64,000 nt of DNA, from NCBI GenBank assembly GCA_964016885.1, contig OZ024745.1:34100001-34164000 (forward strand). The letters are read 5' to 3'. This stretch comes from Eledone cirrhosa. Taxonomy: Eukaryota. The notes under the pieces are model-generated. The model searched no databases and was not told where the DNA came from. It saw only the letters and a program-made list of their open reading frames with translations. The translations under genes were made by a program, and so were the position numbers. Below are positions 28,101 to 43,855 of the stretch, one piece after another (the first letter of the stretch is position 1; every line of letters starts with the position of its first letter).

Positions 28101-28739
28101 AGAGAGAGTGTGTGTGTGTAAGAAAAAGCACTATATAGACGAGATTTTTATATGTAGCGAAAGAAAATTATATGAGAGGAGCGTTTTAAGTTTATGTCTA
28201 ACGTGGAAGTAATATATATTTAGCAGGAAGTGATGCATAGCTGGCATGAAGAAAATGTACATTCACTTGCCTGTGTAAGTCTGCATAAGTGTAATCATAC
28301 GAGTATATGTGTATATTTGCGCACGTATCTGTGTGTGTGTGTGTACTTGTGTATTGTGTAAATGTGCACATATACATTAATGCGCGGGAATTTGAGTAAG
28401 TTGTGCATGCATCTATGTCTATGTATATGTGTTAGTGTGCCTGTCTATCTGTGTGTTTGTTCTTGTGATATGGCAATGGTATTGGACCGAAGAAGAACTA
28501 CTCTATCTATATTATAATAACAGCAGATGTAAGGTCGATGAGTAAAGTCGGAGATTATGACTACCTTTACATTTTCCTTTCTGAAAAATATATTTTCAAT
28601 TTACCGGGTACTTCGTATTTCCTGGCATGTTTCCACGTCTAAATATTAAAAAACAAAACGTGTATATTTATATACACATTGTGGGAGTCTCGGTTACCCA
28701 CTCTGTAAATATACACATTTTCGGGAGGATTGTGGGGGC

Positions 28740-29069
28740 GGTCCTCAGTCAAGTCTTCCAGCGGGTCCTATCAGAAGCGACCGCCTTCAATTGATCTGGC
28801 TTCATTCCCAAGCAAGAACACACTAGCCCATGAACGTTATCGTACTATCTTGCTCGGGCTCTACCCCTGGCGCGCCTGCTGCCTGGTGTTTTCCCGTAGA
28901 ATCTGTTCGGCTATTAATTCCTTAGAGATTCTGACCACATGTTCGTAGTATCACAGCAGAGATCTCTCAATTTTGAGAAGTTACGGCCATATCTGATCTT
29001 CAAGCTGCGCACTCTATCCGGTAACGTTACTCCAAAGACCCATCGGTGGAACCCCATTTCGACCGCCTG

Positions 29070-29072
<3 letters not shown>
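28740..29072 (-). pseudogene. RTE LINE C-terminal remnant
   Basis: IQAVEMGFHRWVFGVTLPDRVRSLKIR..; degenerate downstream. Confidence 0.7.
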
Positions 29073-29101
<29 letters not shown>

Positions 29102-29803
29102 TGTATGTATGTATGTATGTATAGTCGTAATAGGTAGGTAAAATACTCCAAGGTATAGAGCAACTCAAGTCCGTAGGGCTAATTTGAATATAATTGTTTA
29201 GGCCAGTTACTACAACTGCACAAGACCCTAGTACGTATATTTAGTTGTTCCTGAGGAGTCCATGTGTATATATATGGAGTTTACCAACGGCAATACATTA
29301 GTATCCTGAACAATTGTTGATGTACGTAAGGGCCCACATAATATGTTTACAAAGAAAGTAAAGCTGTGATATGTTTTGAAGGAATCCATTGAATAATTTT
29401 AATATAATGAGGCAGCGAAGTTTTATATGGAAGGAGTCTCGTCCTCTGTAATAAAAGCCCTGAATGGATTCAGATTATAACTATGTGCGTCTAATTAGAC
29501 TCCTGGCATGACAGTTCCAAATCAGAATCTGATTAGACTGTGTTATGACCTGTAAGAGATCATTGTAGGGAATTTAACAACCACCTATATGATCACCAAC
29601 CTCCGACACCTCCCTGTACCAACAAAGTACATTGACCTGGAAAGTCTGCCGCTTTTATTTGCATAAACATAAACAATCTTTCACTTCAATATAATTGTAA
29701 ATTTTATTGAATATTATGGTGCACCGGGATATCTTATGTTTGTGAAGACTAAACACACACACACACACACATACACACACACATACATACATACATACAT
29801 ACA

Positions 29804-30167
29804 TGGTGGCTGCCAACTCGTTTTCGAGTACGGCCACTACTTTATATCCATGTAGGAGAGCTCCTACCGATGCGCTGAACGAATGTGACTTTAGTCCAGC
29901 CAGCGACTTGAAAACTCTGGTACAAATACTACACCTGTGACAATTATTGACACATAGTGCTGGGCCCAAGGTACCATGTGACGACAAGTGCAGAGAGATC
30001 TCCAGATATAAAGCAATGCCTGTGCCGTGAAGCTTTTATAGTGAGCAAAGGCACTGCACAAAACCAGTCCTACTCTCTTAACCAAGATGATATTTACCAA
30101 AAAGAAGAACAAGTCAACATCATTGGATACCATCAGAGTTGCAGGTGTTATATCAGAGTTTTCCTTC
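29804..30167 (-). mobile_element. RTE-derived short element, copy 2
   Basis: See copy 1; (ATGT)n on both sides. Confidence 0.75.
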
Positions 30168-30329
30168 ATACATACATACATACATACATACATTCGAATA
30201 ATTCTGTTATGAATGGATAGACCATATGCAATAACTGGATTCATATTGAGTGCACACTTCAGAAATAATGTTGGAAATTATTATCGAAGGGAGGATGAAC
30301 AAAAGTATGTATGTATATACACACTCGCG

Positions 30330-30364
<35 letters not shown>

Positions 30365-30369
30365 ACACA

Positions 30370-30457
<88 letters not shown>

Positions 30458-31583
30458 CGCACACACGCACACACACACACACACAGCGACTACCTCAAGT
30501 ACATAACCTAACTCTAATCCGGTACACAGGTGGGCGTCATTACACAACGTTGACTACAGATACTGCGGTAGACCACACGTTAATATCAGTTGCTATACGG
30601 CCATAAAGCCGAGATATGCTGAAGACATCGCCAAACCTGTGCCTGCATGGGATAACAAATGCAAAGCGACAGGATAAAAATCACAGAAAGAGAGAGATAG
30701 CGAGAGATAGAGGAGATTGATATTCTTTTATTATTTTCTGTTTCCTGTCACTAGACTGCGGTCATGCTGGGGCACTGCCTTGATTATGTCGATCATACTG
30801 ACCACAGTATTTTTTTTGAAGTCCAGTAATTATTTTATCGATCTCTTTTTCTATTATTACAAGACCAGACACAGTGACCATCGAAATACATGCGCGCGTA
30901 TATATGACAGGTTTTTGCAGATTCTGTCAACAATTTTCCACTCACAGTGTATCGATCAACCCAAGACTACAGTAGAAGACCTTTGTCCAGGGTGTCTCGC
31001 AGCGTAACTGAACCCAGAACCAGGTTATTTCAAAGCGACTGTTTTAACCCACGGACGTGCTTCTGCTCAAGTGTAGCGAAAGAAAATTAAGCGTGCGCAT
31101 TTTAAGTTTGTATTGAAGAAGAAGAAAAGGGGAAGAAATATATACTTAATAGGAAGTGACGCGTAGTTGGTATGAAGAAAATGTCTTTTGAAGCTCCTGT
31201 GTATTTGCGTAAAAACAGGCATCTTCGAACCGTATTTGAATCCGCCAAAGAAAATATGATGTTAATATTTATTAAATGTCCACTATGTAGAACATGTCTA
31301 AATTACAAAAAAATGAATCTTCTTCATGGCAACATAGACATGATATATGAATTAAATTCCTTTCGCAATCAATTAGCAACCTCGGAAACATATACCGATT
31401 CAATGTATTAATAACATGAAAGAAAATCAAAACTAAGTGAAAAGATATTCATAAGCGGAAGCACGAGCACGTGGCTAAGGAGTTCACTTCGAAACCAGTT
31501 AATTCTAGATTCAGTCCCGCGACGCAAGTATCTTCTGCAATAGTTTTAGGTTGATGAATACCTAGTGAGTGGAATTTGGTACA

Positions 31584-31675
<92 letters not shown>

Positions 31676-31931
31676 TGTTTGTGTGTGTGTGTGTGTGTCC
31701 AATAACATAGTGTTTTGACAAAAAGGAAATGGATAAAATAAGTACCAGACTTGATCAACTAAATCAAGGCGGTGTCTATTGAATGAAACAAGGGAGAGAA
31801 TAGAAGAGTAGTCTTGCGTGGTCAATTGATTCCTTAAACATCCAGTAAAACAGCCAGTTAGAGAGTGGGGTAAATAGAGAGAGGATAGGAGGAGGCAGAG
31901 AGAGAAAGTAAGCGACCATCATAAATTAAGA

Positions 31932-32040
31932 AATAATTGTTTCTACTTTAGGCGCAAGGCCAGCAATTACCCAGTGCATTACTGGTACTTTATTTTATCG
32001 ACCCCGTAAGGATGAAAGGCAAAGTCAACCTCGGCGGGAT
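31932..32040 (-). mobile_element. 5'-truncated Nin-type SINE
   Basis: Core match; AGAAATAAT on both sides. Confidence 0.85.
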
Positions 32041-32774
32041 AGAAATAATGTATTAGATATTTGTGAATTGTGTATTCTCACCATCAAAAATAACTAAAAA
32101 TATATATATCGACCTTAAGAATGAAATTCAATATACTACAAAATTAAATATGTCGCTGCGAGTTCGTATCATCCGCTCGCAATGAAAATAGTTTAAGCTT
32201 TGGAATATAGGTAATTCCGATCATAGAATCGAGTCACGGAATATCACAGTATTCATGAGAAATATACTGCTTTCTTTGAACGTCGATACTATTCGGATCA
32301 TATTAAAAGTGCTGTGCTGAGCCGTTTCAATCACATATCTGCTTATGACTTCAGGAACTGGTTTATATTCTGTGTCTGCTTAATCCCATGGGTGGAAGAG
32401 GTCACAATGTTTTAGAGAATATACTTTGTTGATTATATTTAATAAAACTCAAAATCAAATATGTGGATGTGAATTCGTGTCATTCGTATATCAAAAATGT
32501 AATTTTTCTTATTCATATAAATGGAACCTTTCCCAATTCCGTAATTTAGCGCGCGCGCGTTTGAGTGCATATATCAATATATATATATATATATTCATAT
32601 TACCAGCAGCATCAGTATAGCGTGGTTCATTATAGGGGTGTATATAAAAGCATACACAATATTTTATGTATACAAACCATACACAAGACTCTCTATTGTA
32701 TATTCCTTCATATATATATATATATTTATCACCATCATTAAGTATATATTCTTAAGTATATTAAGTATATATAT

Positions 32775-32897
32775 GCCATTCTGAGTTCAAATTCCGCCGT
32801 GGTTAACTTTGCCTTTCATCCTTACGGCGTGGATAAAATAAAGTACCAGTAATGTACTGGGTAATTGCTGGCCTTTTGCCAATAGTAGAAACAATTA
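32775..32897 (+). mobile_element. 5'-truncated Nin-type SINE
   Basis: Core match; ATTAAGTATATATAT on both sides. Confidence 0.85.
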
Positions 32898-35149
32898 AGT
32901 ATATATATATATAAGGGCAATGGATTGTCAGAACCATTATAGCGTTGAACAAAATGCGTTGCGAAAATCTTTTCGGATATCTAAGATCTGAATTCGAATC
33001 TCTGTCTCTCACGTTTGCGGTGTTATTCAATTAGTGTACCTGTGAAATACTGAGGTCGATGTAATCGAATAATTGCCCAAATTGTCGGCCTTGTGCCTAA
33101 AACTGAAACATTTTATTTGTAAACATTGGATTATACATTCCGTAATGCCCACATACTCATATCCACTGACCTGCAAACATACACACACAAACTCTCGCCT
33201 GCAAACATACACACACACACACACAGTCACAGACCCACACATAAAAAAACATCGCGCACATTCACATACACACGCGTAACATTATATACAGCCGTCCAGA
33301 TTGTAGTGTTTCTACAAATGTGTTTCAGTTGTCAATGTATACGAATTGAGTGAAATTTAATAAATAGATACATAAAAGGAATAAGTCAATTTACGATTTC
33401 AATGTATTCCTCGTTTGTTAGTTTGTGATAGTAACACAAGTTATTTATGTCTACATGTTATTGATTTAATCACAATACATAGGATATAATAGAGATGCGG
33501 GAGGGCGGCTGTTTTGAGTATCTGATGTAGAAGATGAAGCAAATGATGGATTGTTTACCACGCAAGTTTAAATGTGATTGGGCCATCATTATAATATTAG
33601 TTGATAGCAATAGGTTGGCAGAGTCGTTAGGATGTTGGGTGGGATACTTTTCCTTTATCTGTACTCTGGTTTCAAATATCGCCGAGGTCAACATTGCCGT
33701 TCATCGTTTCAAGATGGACTACCAGCTCAGTACTGTTATTGTTTCATCTCTCTCTCTCCCTCTCTCTCCCTCTCTCTCTATCCCTCCTTTTTCTCCCTCA
33801 CTCTATATATCTGTAAATATATGTTTGTAAATATATAAATATATATATGTTTGTATATATATATATATATATGTTTATATATATATATATATCGATGCTG
33901 TTACAAACGTCCGTCTCGTCTTAAGCTGTATTCTGAGGTTAAGTTGGCTGTGCTGTGCAGAGTGTAAATAAAAGTAAGCAGAGTCGAAGTCAATGTTGCA
34001 CCATATATATAAATTTGATTGGCATATTACAATGTTTGCAATATCGATGAGCTCATGGTACAATCACAATTAACGGGGCCCAACTCTGCCTCGACATCTC
34101 ATCAGATATGCGAGTTTATATGTGCTAAAACATATTCAAACTGTTGAAAGAAGTAAAGGAATCCCTTTATATACACTTATTAATGGCTGTAGGGGTAGGA
34201 AAGAGAGATAAACAAATAACTCTAAATTCACATTTAAAGTCCATGAAAAAAATAAGGAGGATGACAGAAGATAAAAGGGACAGAAGGAAAACATGAAAAA
34301 TATAAATAAAAAATAGTAATAAAAGTATAAAGAATAAACGAAAGTAACAAATACTGATATGGCTACATCGACAGCAGCAACAGCAACAACAACACAGCAA
34401 CAATGGCAGCTACGTCGAAAACAGGTACTTTAATCCAGGGGTTGTTTTTGTGGTAAGCAGTGTGGGTACGGCGATATCGATATCATCAACCATAGTAACA
34501 ACAGCAACAACGAAAACAATCCAATACCAGCCAGACGAATATCAACTACGGGACCAATAGTGAGCAAATGGGGAGAGCGGGAGAGACGGAAGCAGGGACA
34601 GTAGGAATTTGGTTCTTTTGTCTTCGGACCTGGTGTATATATGTCTATATGAGAAAGAATGGATCTTTCCCACTACTTGTTAAAAGTATTGTATATGATA
34701 ATGTATACACACATTTCTATTACTGCTAAAACACTCATTATATATGTTAATAAATATGATGTCGTTTTCTGCCTAGGCCCGAGGAAAGGCACACATGTAT
34801 GTGGAAGGCTCACTATCTTACACGTTAATTTCAGGAACAGGCTATTCCTATCTTCGAATCAAATGAAACACTGACATAGTATTTGGTGGTTATTGTATAT
34901 AATATATCCCACGTATGTTATGTCAAAGTATTAGGGTGATAGCATATAATCTGTAGTGTATGCTGTGTTTAATATTGGAAGCTAATTGTTTATAATATCT
35001 GCTATATGTGTTGTGTTATAGTATTAATGTTCATTATTGCCGTTTTATGTCCGTTTCTCCATGCTTGTTTGTGTTGGATGGTAAAGTATATAATATATGC
35101 TATGTAAGAGATATGTGGAGATATTGATTTTAATGTGTGTAAAGTTGTA

Positions 35150-35620
35150 AGACTAATAGGATTTTTATGTTTTGTTCCTGTTCTTATTACCATACTCAGT
35201 TCCAGGATTTTTATCGGTGCCAGTTTTCCTTTCATATACGACACGTTGCATATCCACATTTCAGTGTCCTTGTACTTTAAAGTCTTTCGACTTCCTTCAT
35301 CGCGATATTTTCTTTAGAAATGAATGAAATATTTTCCAGAGTTCTTAAGTTCATCTTCGATTATGATATCATACCTTCATACTTTGACATTCTTTTCAGT
35401 TAGGAGAATCATTTCTCAGTGTCGTCGCTCGATCTTTATCATCTGCTATCTCATATACTACACAAGGCTTATTCATATTTCAGTATCATTGTGTTGAAAT
35501 GGTATTCCGAATTTCTTTCGGGCGATGTTTGTTCGGAAATGAATGAACTTAAAGCTTTGGTATTCTTTTGCATTCGGACCGAATAGTCCCAGAATATCGT
35601 AGCCAGGTCATTATCCCCTA
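35150..35620 (-). pseudogene. RLE-type LINE endonuclease remnant
   Basis: ATIFWDYSVR and ENIAMKEVE..KYKD motifs. Confidence 0.45.
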
Positions 35621-36193
35621 CCCGACTGCCTGCAAGAGAGCTGATCTGAGAATAGTCATATAACATCAACAACTGATATCTTATATTATTTATTCTCAGT
35701 TTTCATTTAAATATGTAAATTGTATAGGCGCAGGAATGGCTGTATGGTTAAAGAGTTCGTCGTGCAATAAAGTAGTTTCGAATTCACATTTACTGTGAGG
35801 CAGAGAGAGAGAAAGACAGGGGTACCGCAAGTGAGAGGGGGTAGAAGGCAGAGGGGGTGAGTAAGAGAGAGGGGGAGAAGGGAAAGAGAGTTAATCCAAA
35901 AGGGTGTACGACGCACGTGCAACCGGGACCAACAAACAAGCGAGAGAGGGGGGGGGGGGGTGATCCAAAAGAGTGGCAGGATATAAGTCCAACCAGGAAC
36001 AACTGATAAAGAGTGTTAGAAAGTAAGGCGACACAAACAAGATATGGACAGTTTCCCTTCGTCAGCTGTTTACTACGGATCACGGATGTTTTGGCGCATT
36101 ATAAACAGTGCATCTATTCGAAGCGCGCCAATAGCCTTTTATCTATAAAAACGCCACGAGGGAAAGAAGCGATAGCGAAGAGAGAGAAAATTA

Positions 36194-36493
36194 TGAAAAT
36201 AGGTTTATAAGTATGAATTTTCATAAGATTTTTGTAGTTGTCTATGTGGCCTAGCAGTAAGACAGTGAAGATCCTGGACTTCGGATCAATCCTGGTCAAG
36301 AGGTACATGTAACATTTTTCAGTTTTATTTTACAACCAATAGAAAAAAAAACTGAAAAGGTTTACCGGGAACCCTACTCCAGATCAGGATCGAACTTTAG
36401 ACCAGGATAACCACCGTCCATGATTCCTCCAACTAGGCCACCGAGACAGCTACAAAAGTTTAATGAAAATTGATAATTATAAACCTACTTTCA
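36194..36493. repeat. Imperfect palindrome of two convergent tRNA-like units
   Basis: Arms of ~135 and ~150 bp; each reads inward as GTGGCCTAG (A-box-like), GTTCGATCC/GATCAATCC (B-box-like), TTTTCAGTTTT. Confidence 0.65.
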
Positions 36494-36668
36494 AAATCAA
36501 AGTTAAAAAGATGTGGTGTTGTTCATGGCTTGCCTGGAGTTATTAGTAACATTTAAGGTCGACTTGTCAATCTTCTGGCTCTTTGGTAGCAACCTTATTA
36601 TACCAAGCGTGTTTAACTGTTGAATTAATTTAATTTGGTTATATTAACAAACAAATAATATATATATA

Positions 36669-38009
<1,341 letters not shown>

Positions 38010-38249
38010 TGTGTGTGTGTGTCTTTAGTGAGCGATTTGACAAAAAGAAATCGATAAAGTACTAGGCTCGAAACAATAACTACTGGGCGAGATGAGATAG
38101 AATTAATCTCCTCCCGGAGGTGTCCAAACTTAGCTGCAGTCTAATGGCTGCAACCTATAAAACAATAAAAGGGAAAATATAGAATAATTACACACCTTGC
38201 GGAATCAGCGGTGTAGAGGGCCAGATGATTTGGGATGCGTGAGTATTGA

Positions 38250-38612
38250 CTTTGTAGTGGTAACTGAAGGATTAGAAACACTAAAGACGGTCCAAAGGTC
38301 ATACACATAAGGTTCCCAGCAACTGTGATGGTTCTGGAAGTTGTGAGCAGATAGGAAGATCTCATGTCTCCTCTCCTTTTTCCTCAGGGCTTAGGGGTGT
38401 TGCTGATTATAAAAAGTTGTTGGCGAGGATTGTGAGGTCTTGGATAGACAGCGTGATCAAAGGAAGACCGAACACTTGCCAATAAGACTCTGCATCGTAT
38501 AATAAGACCAAGAAGTTCAATTACAATCTCCATGATCGCTTCACCATAAACATATGGCCTCTTAACACTCCAGATCTGAATGTGTTAGACTTCTGGATAT
38601 GGGGCGTAGTTG
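38250..38612 (+). pseudogene. Tc1/mariner (maT-like) transposase remnant
   Basis: VMVLEVVS..DLMSP..FPQGL, Q*DSA, IWPLNTPDLNVLDFWIWGVV. Confidence 0.8.
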
Positions 38613-40612
38613 GGGCGGGGAGTTAAGTACTAAATTCAAGATATGAGCAAGCCTGTAACTAAAATGACTCTTTCACCGTGTCATTACTTCCTTTTGATTA
38701 TTTCATCAATTGAATGCTTTAAAGCATTGGAGTGTCAACCGCATTTGTCTGTGAGTGGAAGAATAATATCTGTTTGATATTTTTTATAAGCATTTTTTCT
38801 TTTTTCTTATATGGTCTTGTAACCGAGGGGAGTTGTGGTTAGAAAATCTAGCTACAAATGAGGTGTAACATCATACCCCAAGAGAAACGTTGTTGAAACA
38901 ATAACACAGATTACAGAAAAATCATAAATAGGAAGGAAAACAAAATTGACAGTAAAATATTGTCACAGAGAAATTTGCACTTTTAATGACAAATCCAGAC
39001 GGGAATACGTTTATATACACAGACTGTCGCAATCTAATACACGCAGTAAAATAAAATAAGATGGACATTCGTCTGCTTCGATGATGAGAGTTGCAGTTTA
39101 TCGATCAAATCAACGCAATAGCCGGCTCATAAAATTAACATGAAAATCGCTCAGCATTCCAAAAACATGTGTGCTCTTGATGTAATTCTCGGGGAGATTC
39201 AGCGTGACACAGTTTGAGATAAGACTGTCCTTTTGAATGAGAGGTACCTTCTATCCCAGGGACTTCCTTGCAAAAGCATCTACTCATCTTCACTCAAAAT
39301 AGTTGTGTAGACTTGAGGCTATGGTAAATAACACCGTCCCAAGATTCCACACCGTGCCATATATTTGTGAAATTAATTTGTTAATCATTCAAAGTGGTAC
39401 GTCTAAGTACATTATCAAACTGGCTAAGGCATATAAGCGAAAGGAAGGCATTACAGATGGGTCAGCCTTGGCAAAGTGTCTGGTAGAAGACACTGGTCTA
39501 ATATACCAGTGGGATCGAACTCTGAACCTCATGGTTGCAATTATTCACTATGGACAATCCCAGAAATATACACTAAAAGAAACCACCTCCATATTTGCTG
39601 CCCTTTCAAAATATTACCTCCCTCTATCTATCTCATATTTACATTTCCAGTCAGAGAGGAAGCCTCTATGTAATCAATTTCTGGAATGCTCAGCCACTCA
39701 GCACGTTTATTCCAGGTGCAGACTATCCATTGAAGAAAAAACTGGAGCTCTCATCGTCGAAACCAACGGAGGTTCATTCTATTTCCATTCTAGTCATAAC
39801 ATACTGTATACAATGTAGTAAACAGAATTATATACATAGTATTTTTTCTACATCTTTATATACATTGGTTGGTCTCTCAGAGAAGTCAGGTCAGAGTAAT
39901 TTATCTATCTCTGTTCATTATTCATGCTATTATATACATTTTGTTTTCACTTCTTCCCCTTGCCCTGTAACATCCTTACTACTTTCTTATCATTATCACA
40001 TTCCCGAAACCCATCCTATACATATTTGGCTATTTTCATCAAAATACCATGCCTATATGTTAATCCTTAAATATACTGTTACATACAGAAGACAAGGTTT
40101 TTCTTTCTTATTTCAGTTTGTTTCAATAATTTCACTCGTGATTCTATAGAATTCTTCAGATATATTTATCCTTCATGTGAAGGCGGGTGGTTCACGATTG
40201 TGAGGTCGGAAGTTCGTTGTGTCTTTGAGCAAAGCGCTATATTTCACTTTGCTCCAGTTCTCTCAACTAAGGTCATGCCTTGTTACATGTTTTGTTACGC
40301 TGATTTTGCGTGAGAATTATTTTAGGATTACACCTATCTGTGGACTGCTCGAACACTTACACATTAAGTCATGAGTTGGACGTTCACTATATCGAATAGA
40401 TGAATTCCCATCGTTGGAAACCAACAGAGAATCCTTCATCGTTTGGTTGAATAAATATATTGGAATATCAACGAATTATTCGCTGTGAAAGCTTAAAGGA
40501 GTCATAGTGGCACCATCTTGGGCATTTAATCCTATGGGGTGCATATCTCTCCACTCTGGAACACAGCCAGTTTCTTACAAAAATTTAGTATGAGAGAATT
40601 GAGAAAGACATA

Positions 40613-40800
40613 TACGAGGTTCGGCTGAAAAGTTCATAGGCACATGAAATGACCAAATGAGGTTTACTTTTTAACATAGTCCCTGGAAAGAAACAATGCA
40701 GTTATTAATAAGATGAGTTGAAATTAATGCATGCAAGTTTTCACAACTCTAATATCAATCCTTCATAGGCAGCCTATGATCTTTCCAGCCGACCCTGGTA
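40613..40800. mobile_element. Mariner-type MITE
   Basis: TIRs TACGAGGTTCGGCTGAAAAGTTCATAGGC / GCCTATGATCTTTCCAGCCGACCCTGGTA with TA ends. Confidence 0.8.
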
Positions 40801-41323
40801 GAGGAAGGAACGACCGAGTATTGAACTGATACTTATGTATTAATCTCGAAATGAGGCAAAGTAAAGTTGATATCGACGGGATTTGAATTCACTGCGCAGA
40901 CTGTCGGAACAAACACCGTAAAATATTCTATCTGACGTGCTACCGAATCTGCTATTTCGTCGACTTAGAAAATTAAACATAAAAATGAAAAAAAAAAAAA
41001 TAGTAACACTAAAGATGATGTTTGTTAATTGGTGGGGGAAATAGTAGGGAACTGGTACAACGTTGGAAATATGTTACACTTTCTAAATGTGCCATTTTCA
41101 ACATGGAAATTTCTTTTCTTTACCTTTTCTTTTTTGTGTTAAATAATTAGCAAAGATTTCTTTACCGTTTGTCAGATCTTCTTTCATCTTGTAATATTAA
41201 ATAGATTCTAACTTTCTCTCTTCCCATCATTCTCTCATTTCACTTCTCACCACCTCCCTTTTTTCACCTGATTTCTTTTTGAAAATTCCATCATCAGTCA
41301 TCCTTTTTATACATAGGCTTCAA

Positions 41324-41368
<45 letters not shown>

Positions 41369-41940
41369 TCCCCCCTCTCTCACTAGCTAGCTATCTAATT
41401 GTAAAATCTCTTGAATCAATAAATAAGATAATTTAAGATAAAATCCATCATCCATCTGTAGCATTTTGGTGGGAAAAGCTGCATGCAGATGATACGAATT
41501 TAGAACTCAATAATAATTTATTAATTAAGCATACGATGATCCTTATTCAAAACTAGATGCATGACTCTTTCTTATGAAGACAACACCTGCGATGTAATAA
41601 AAGGTTTTATGTGACACCCGAGATTGTTTCAGGCAATGGCACGTCCATAATGAAAATATTTACAAAATTTAGAATCTATTAAAGGTTAATTAACTATTAA
41701 TCAAACCTTGGCAAATTGTGAAAGTCCTTGGGCTTAATCTACTCCGACGAGCTTATAATCTCCTGTTCAGAACATTATTTATTAACTTATTAATATTTAA
41801 GTGGTCAAGTAGTTCGGTTTACAACCATGTGACTCCAGGTTCAATCCCACTGCGCTACACGTTTGCCACATGTTTTCTACTACAGTTTTGGGTTCATCAA
41901 TGCCTTGTGTATTGAATTTAGAAGGCGGACACTGTAGAAG

Positions 41941-41983
<43 letters not shown>

Positions 41984-41994
41984 CATATACACAC

Positions 41995-42028
<34 letters not shown>

Positions 42029-42912
42029 GGATGCATGGATGGATGTGTTTGTGTGTGTGTGTTTTCATTTCTATCTACACGTGTATTTATGTTCTGTAAC
42101 GTAGCAGTTTGATCAAAAATATGTCGATAAAATAAGTCGATACGATCGACTGAAAATCTTCTTATGGTGGTGCCCCACCATCACCACAGTCCAATGACTG
42201 AAATCTGTAAAATAATAAAAGAATGACATGGATTAAATTTATTGTTGCTTTTTTGTGATTCGAATACAATAAAGTAAATAGCAAGTCATGAACCTGCAAT
42301 TACTGGACGATATTGTAATGATAACACCTGAACATAGTGACATATTGCTTTTGCACCTTAGTTAAGTTGAAACGGGTCGTTGCCTAGGTGGTCGTTTTGC
42401 TAACACGTTCATGATGTTTGTAACAACAATCAGGCAATCCCTAAACTTTTAGTAATTTACGTCTTTAACCAGACCATAACCACCTAGAAACCGGTGTTTA
42501 TGCTAAGCTATTCCGCGGCTACATGTATTAATCCACACCCCTCGTTTTTCTTTTGTCCTTCCATGACTGTCTCTACGATTAGACATCAAATGGTTTTCTA
42601 AGAATTCCTATTATCATGACCTGACAAACAATTCCTTCATGCATCTTTATGTAAGCCTATTCTTGAGGTGTGCAATATTTTCACATTAACTTTAGCAATG
42701 TTTGCCACGATATAATATCCTTGCTTCTAGAAATCAACAAAATATCTACTTAATAGCATCTTTCTTTCATTCGTCTCTTGAATAAAATCATTTCTTGTAA
42801 ATATTTTGTCTTCTCACCTTTTCCTCTTTTTGAAACCTTTTTGTGCCACTTTCAATATCCTGTCAATATTTCGTTCAATTTTGGTTGAAATTATACTTCA
42901 GAATACATTCAT

Positions 42913-43101
42913 GATAATTGTTTCTACTTTAGGCACAAGGCCAGCAATTACTCAGTGCATTACTGGTACTTTATTTTATCGACCCCGTAAGGATGAAAGG
43001 CAAAGTCAACCTCGGCGGGATTTGAACTCAGACCGTAAAGGGACGTAACTATGCTGGAAAGCATGGCGTCCGACTCTCTACCGATACTGTCAATCCAACT
43101 A
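42913..43101 (-). mobile_element. Full-length Nin-type SINE with 18-bp TSD
   Basis: GAATACATTCATGATAAT at 42901-42918 and 43104-43121. Confidence 0.9.
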
Positions 43102-43753
43102 TTGAATACATTCATGATAATAAGTGAGAGACAGAAAGAGTAATATTTCTTCAATATCCATTTTCAGACAAGTCTCTTTCTTTGGTATTTCAATTATAAT
43201 ACCTTTCAGCTATGCAATTAAAAGGTCTTATGAGTACGATTGATGTTAACATTTTGTCAGCTGCTACCACATCCAACTAGACTCTACCTGAATAAATAAA
43301 TATAATTACATACATAAACAAATATTTCTAAAGAAAAGTAGTCACAATTTCAAAGTTAGCGGACCAGATAGCCCGCCGATATGGAGAGGAGCCGTCATTT
43401 GGGACTACACTATATATCTATAGAATAAATAAATACGTAGTTCTTTCCTCGTTCTCGCTACTTTCCTGTAGCAATTTATTCAGTATAACGAGTAAACATT
43501 TCATTTCCTTCCAGAGAAGGGGTCTCTCCGAAACCTTAATCTTCATTTTCTTCCTCATAGCAAGGATTTTTGTTTTAATCTACTGTGTGAATTCTTTGCA
43601 TTCCTGAAGATAGTCTCCATTATATTTTTGTAGGTTTTATCAAATACTTTAAGAAGCCCTCACTGATACTTTGTTGATCCATTATTAAGAAGGGAATAAG
43701 TTATGACCATAGTATTATCTGTCTGTTTGTCGCTTACTCTTGCTTCTTCTTCC

Positions 43754-43855
<102 letters not shown>

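Noticed and set aside
29245-29285. CTGAGGA followed by a hairpin
   Set aside because: No GAAA after the stem.
39303-40149. 171-aa and 184-aa ORFs as host exons
   Set aside because: No recognisable domain; overlap SINE remnants and low-complexity sequence.
43505-43545. CCAGAGAAGGGGTCTCTCCGAAAC hammerhead-like motif
   Set aside because: Core does not fit YTGANRA and no stem I or III.
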